Of a DNA stretch of 64,000 nucleotides, positions 63,068 to 64,000 are shown in pieces (position 1 is the stretch's first letter; every line of letters starts with the position of its first letter). This stretch comes from Dicyema japonicum. Lineage: Eukaryota > Animalia > Dicyemida. A model generated the notes under the pieces. The model did no database searches. It was not told the origin of the DNA and saw only the letters and a list, made by a program, of their open reading frames with translations. The stretch is from contig RDEW01000005.1 of the NCBI GenBank assembly GCA_011109175.1, positions 1,973,267-2,037,266 on the forward strand. The letters are read 5' to 3'. Both the position numbers and the translations under genes were made by a program.

Positions 63068-64000
63068 TCAAATATCGCTCTCAGCTGTACATTTAACGAT
63101 AAATGAGACAAACTCAGAGTTGTCCCAATAAGAAAAGTGAGACGTGAGTAGACGAAAAATATACAGAGAATTCTCGGTCAAAGCGTAATCAATCCGATAT
63201 CCCAAACCTTCTAATAAAGATAAAAACACCTGGAAGAGTTGGGACATTCTCATTAGAATCATTCGAATCTCCAAACACGGAACTAATCACCTCAAACGAG
63301 GATAAAAGATTCCACCGCCTGTACCACGGAGTTTCCTCCTCATCAATGTTCTCAAACACGGTAATATCCTGAGAATCTACGCTACCAAACAATTTGTTCA
63401 TTCTAATCGGGGCCACGTGTCTAAATTCCTTCCAAAACATGGGTTCAATCCGATAGGCCTACTGTAACTCCCAAAAATACCATGAAATCGCTGGGAAAGA
63501 AGACATTGAAAAGACGAAGTCCATTGTAGTTGGGAAGGATGTCCTTTATGGTAGAGGACTCCTGAACGTTGAATCCACGAAGCATCAGAAAAACCGCCAG
63601 GGGAGACCCAATCATGAACAAATTTGTTATTTCCAGGTCAAAAGAGACAAGGGGGTCGTCTTTATAATCTACACACGTGCGCTGGCCAGTAATCAAATCA
63701 TAGAAAATAACAGATCCTACAATATTGAGATCACCAAACCAAGAGAGTGAGCCACAACAGATATTTTGGGTTTCTTGTCCTGGTGGTACCTCAGAAACAG
63801 AGAATATAACCTCCTGAGCTCATCAGCCAGTTTAGAAATTATCTACTACTCCTTAATCACTACTTTGTTCCGAAAGTGAGGACTCGAGTAGTAGAGGACG
63901 TCGAGAAGGGAGTTATGGAGAAAGTCCCGGATCCGCGTATTCGCCTGGGGCATGATGGCCTCCAAAGTCCCTAAAATTTTCAACTAGTACTTACTTTCCC
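63068..64000 (-). CDS. DDHD-domain phospholipase A1 family protein (DDHD1/DDHD2/SEC23IP-like), 5' part outside window
   Basis: LDVLYYSSP, VVAHSLG lipase motif, LFMIGSPLAVFLMLRG, FNVFFPSD, RIDYAL and SHFSYW motifs; mini-introns; one apparent +1 C near 63910. Confidence 0.85.

Overview
AT-rich eukaryotic window from a compact-intron animal genome. Metazoan-type genes carry 17-30 nt GT-AG introns. By inference this is a reduced parasite such as a dicyemid or myxozoan; SDHC and TTC19 argue against a microsporidian. Recognisable genes: TTC19, ORC6, RPS4, a divergent RPLP1, SDHC, AAR2, a DDHD-type phospholipase (5' part off-window), a Slp/rabphilin-type Rab-binding zinc finger, and a cathepsin C-terminal fragment. 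Orphan genes include an Ig-like type I membrane protein and two apparently related membrane proteins. The meiosis-specific recombinase DMC1 is present as a clearly decayed, intron-retaining pseudogene. Much of the remainder is transposon debris: about 10 CRE-like RLE retroelement fragments, RTE and I/Jockey-like LINEs, an R4/NeSL-like RLE fragment, Tc1, two pogo/Tigger, MULE and a MITE. There is also a six-copy tRNA-derived SINE family, one copy with a 13-bp TSD, and other unassigned repeats. Fifteen single-n joins, most flanked by near-identical duplicated sequence, are assembly artefacts. All calls are by eye, without database searches; repeat boundaries are approximate.
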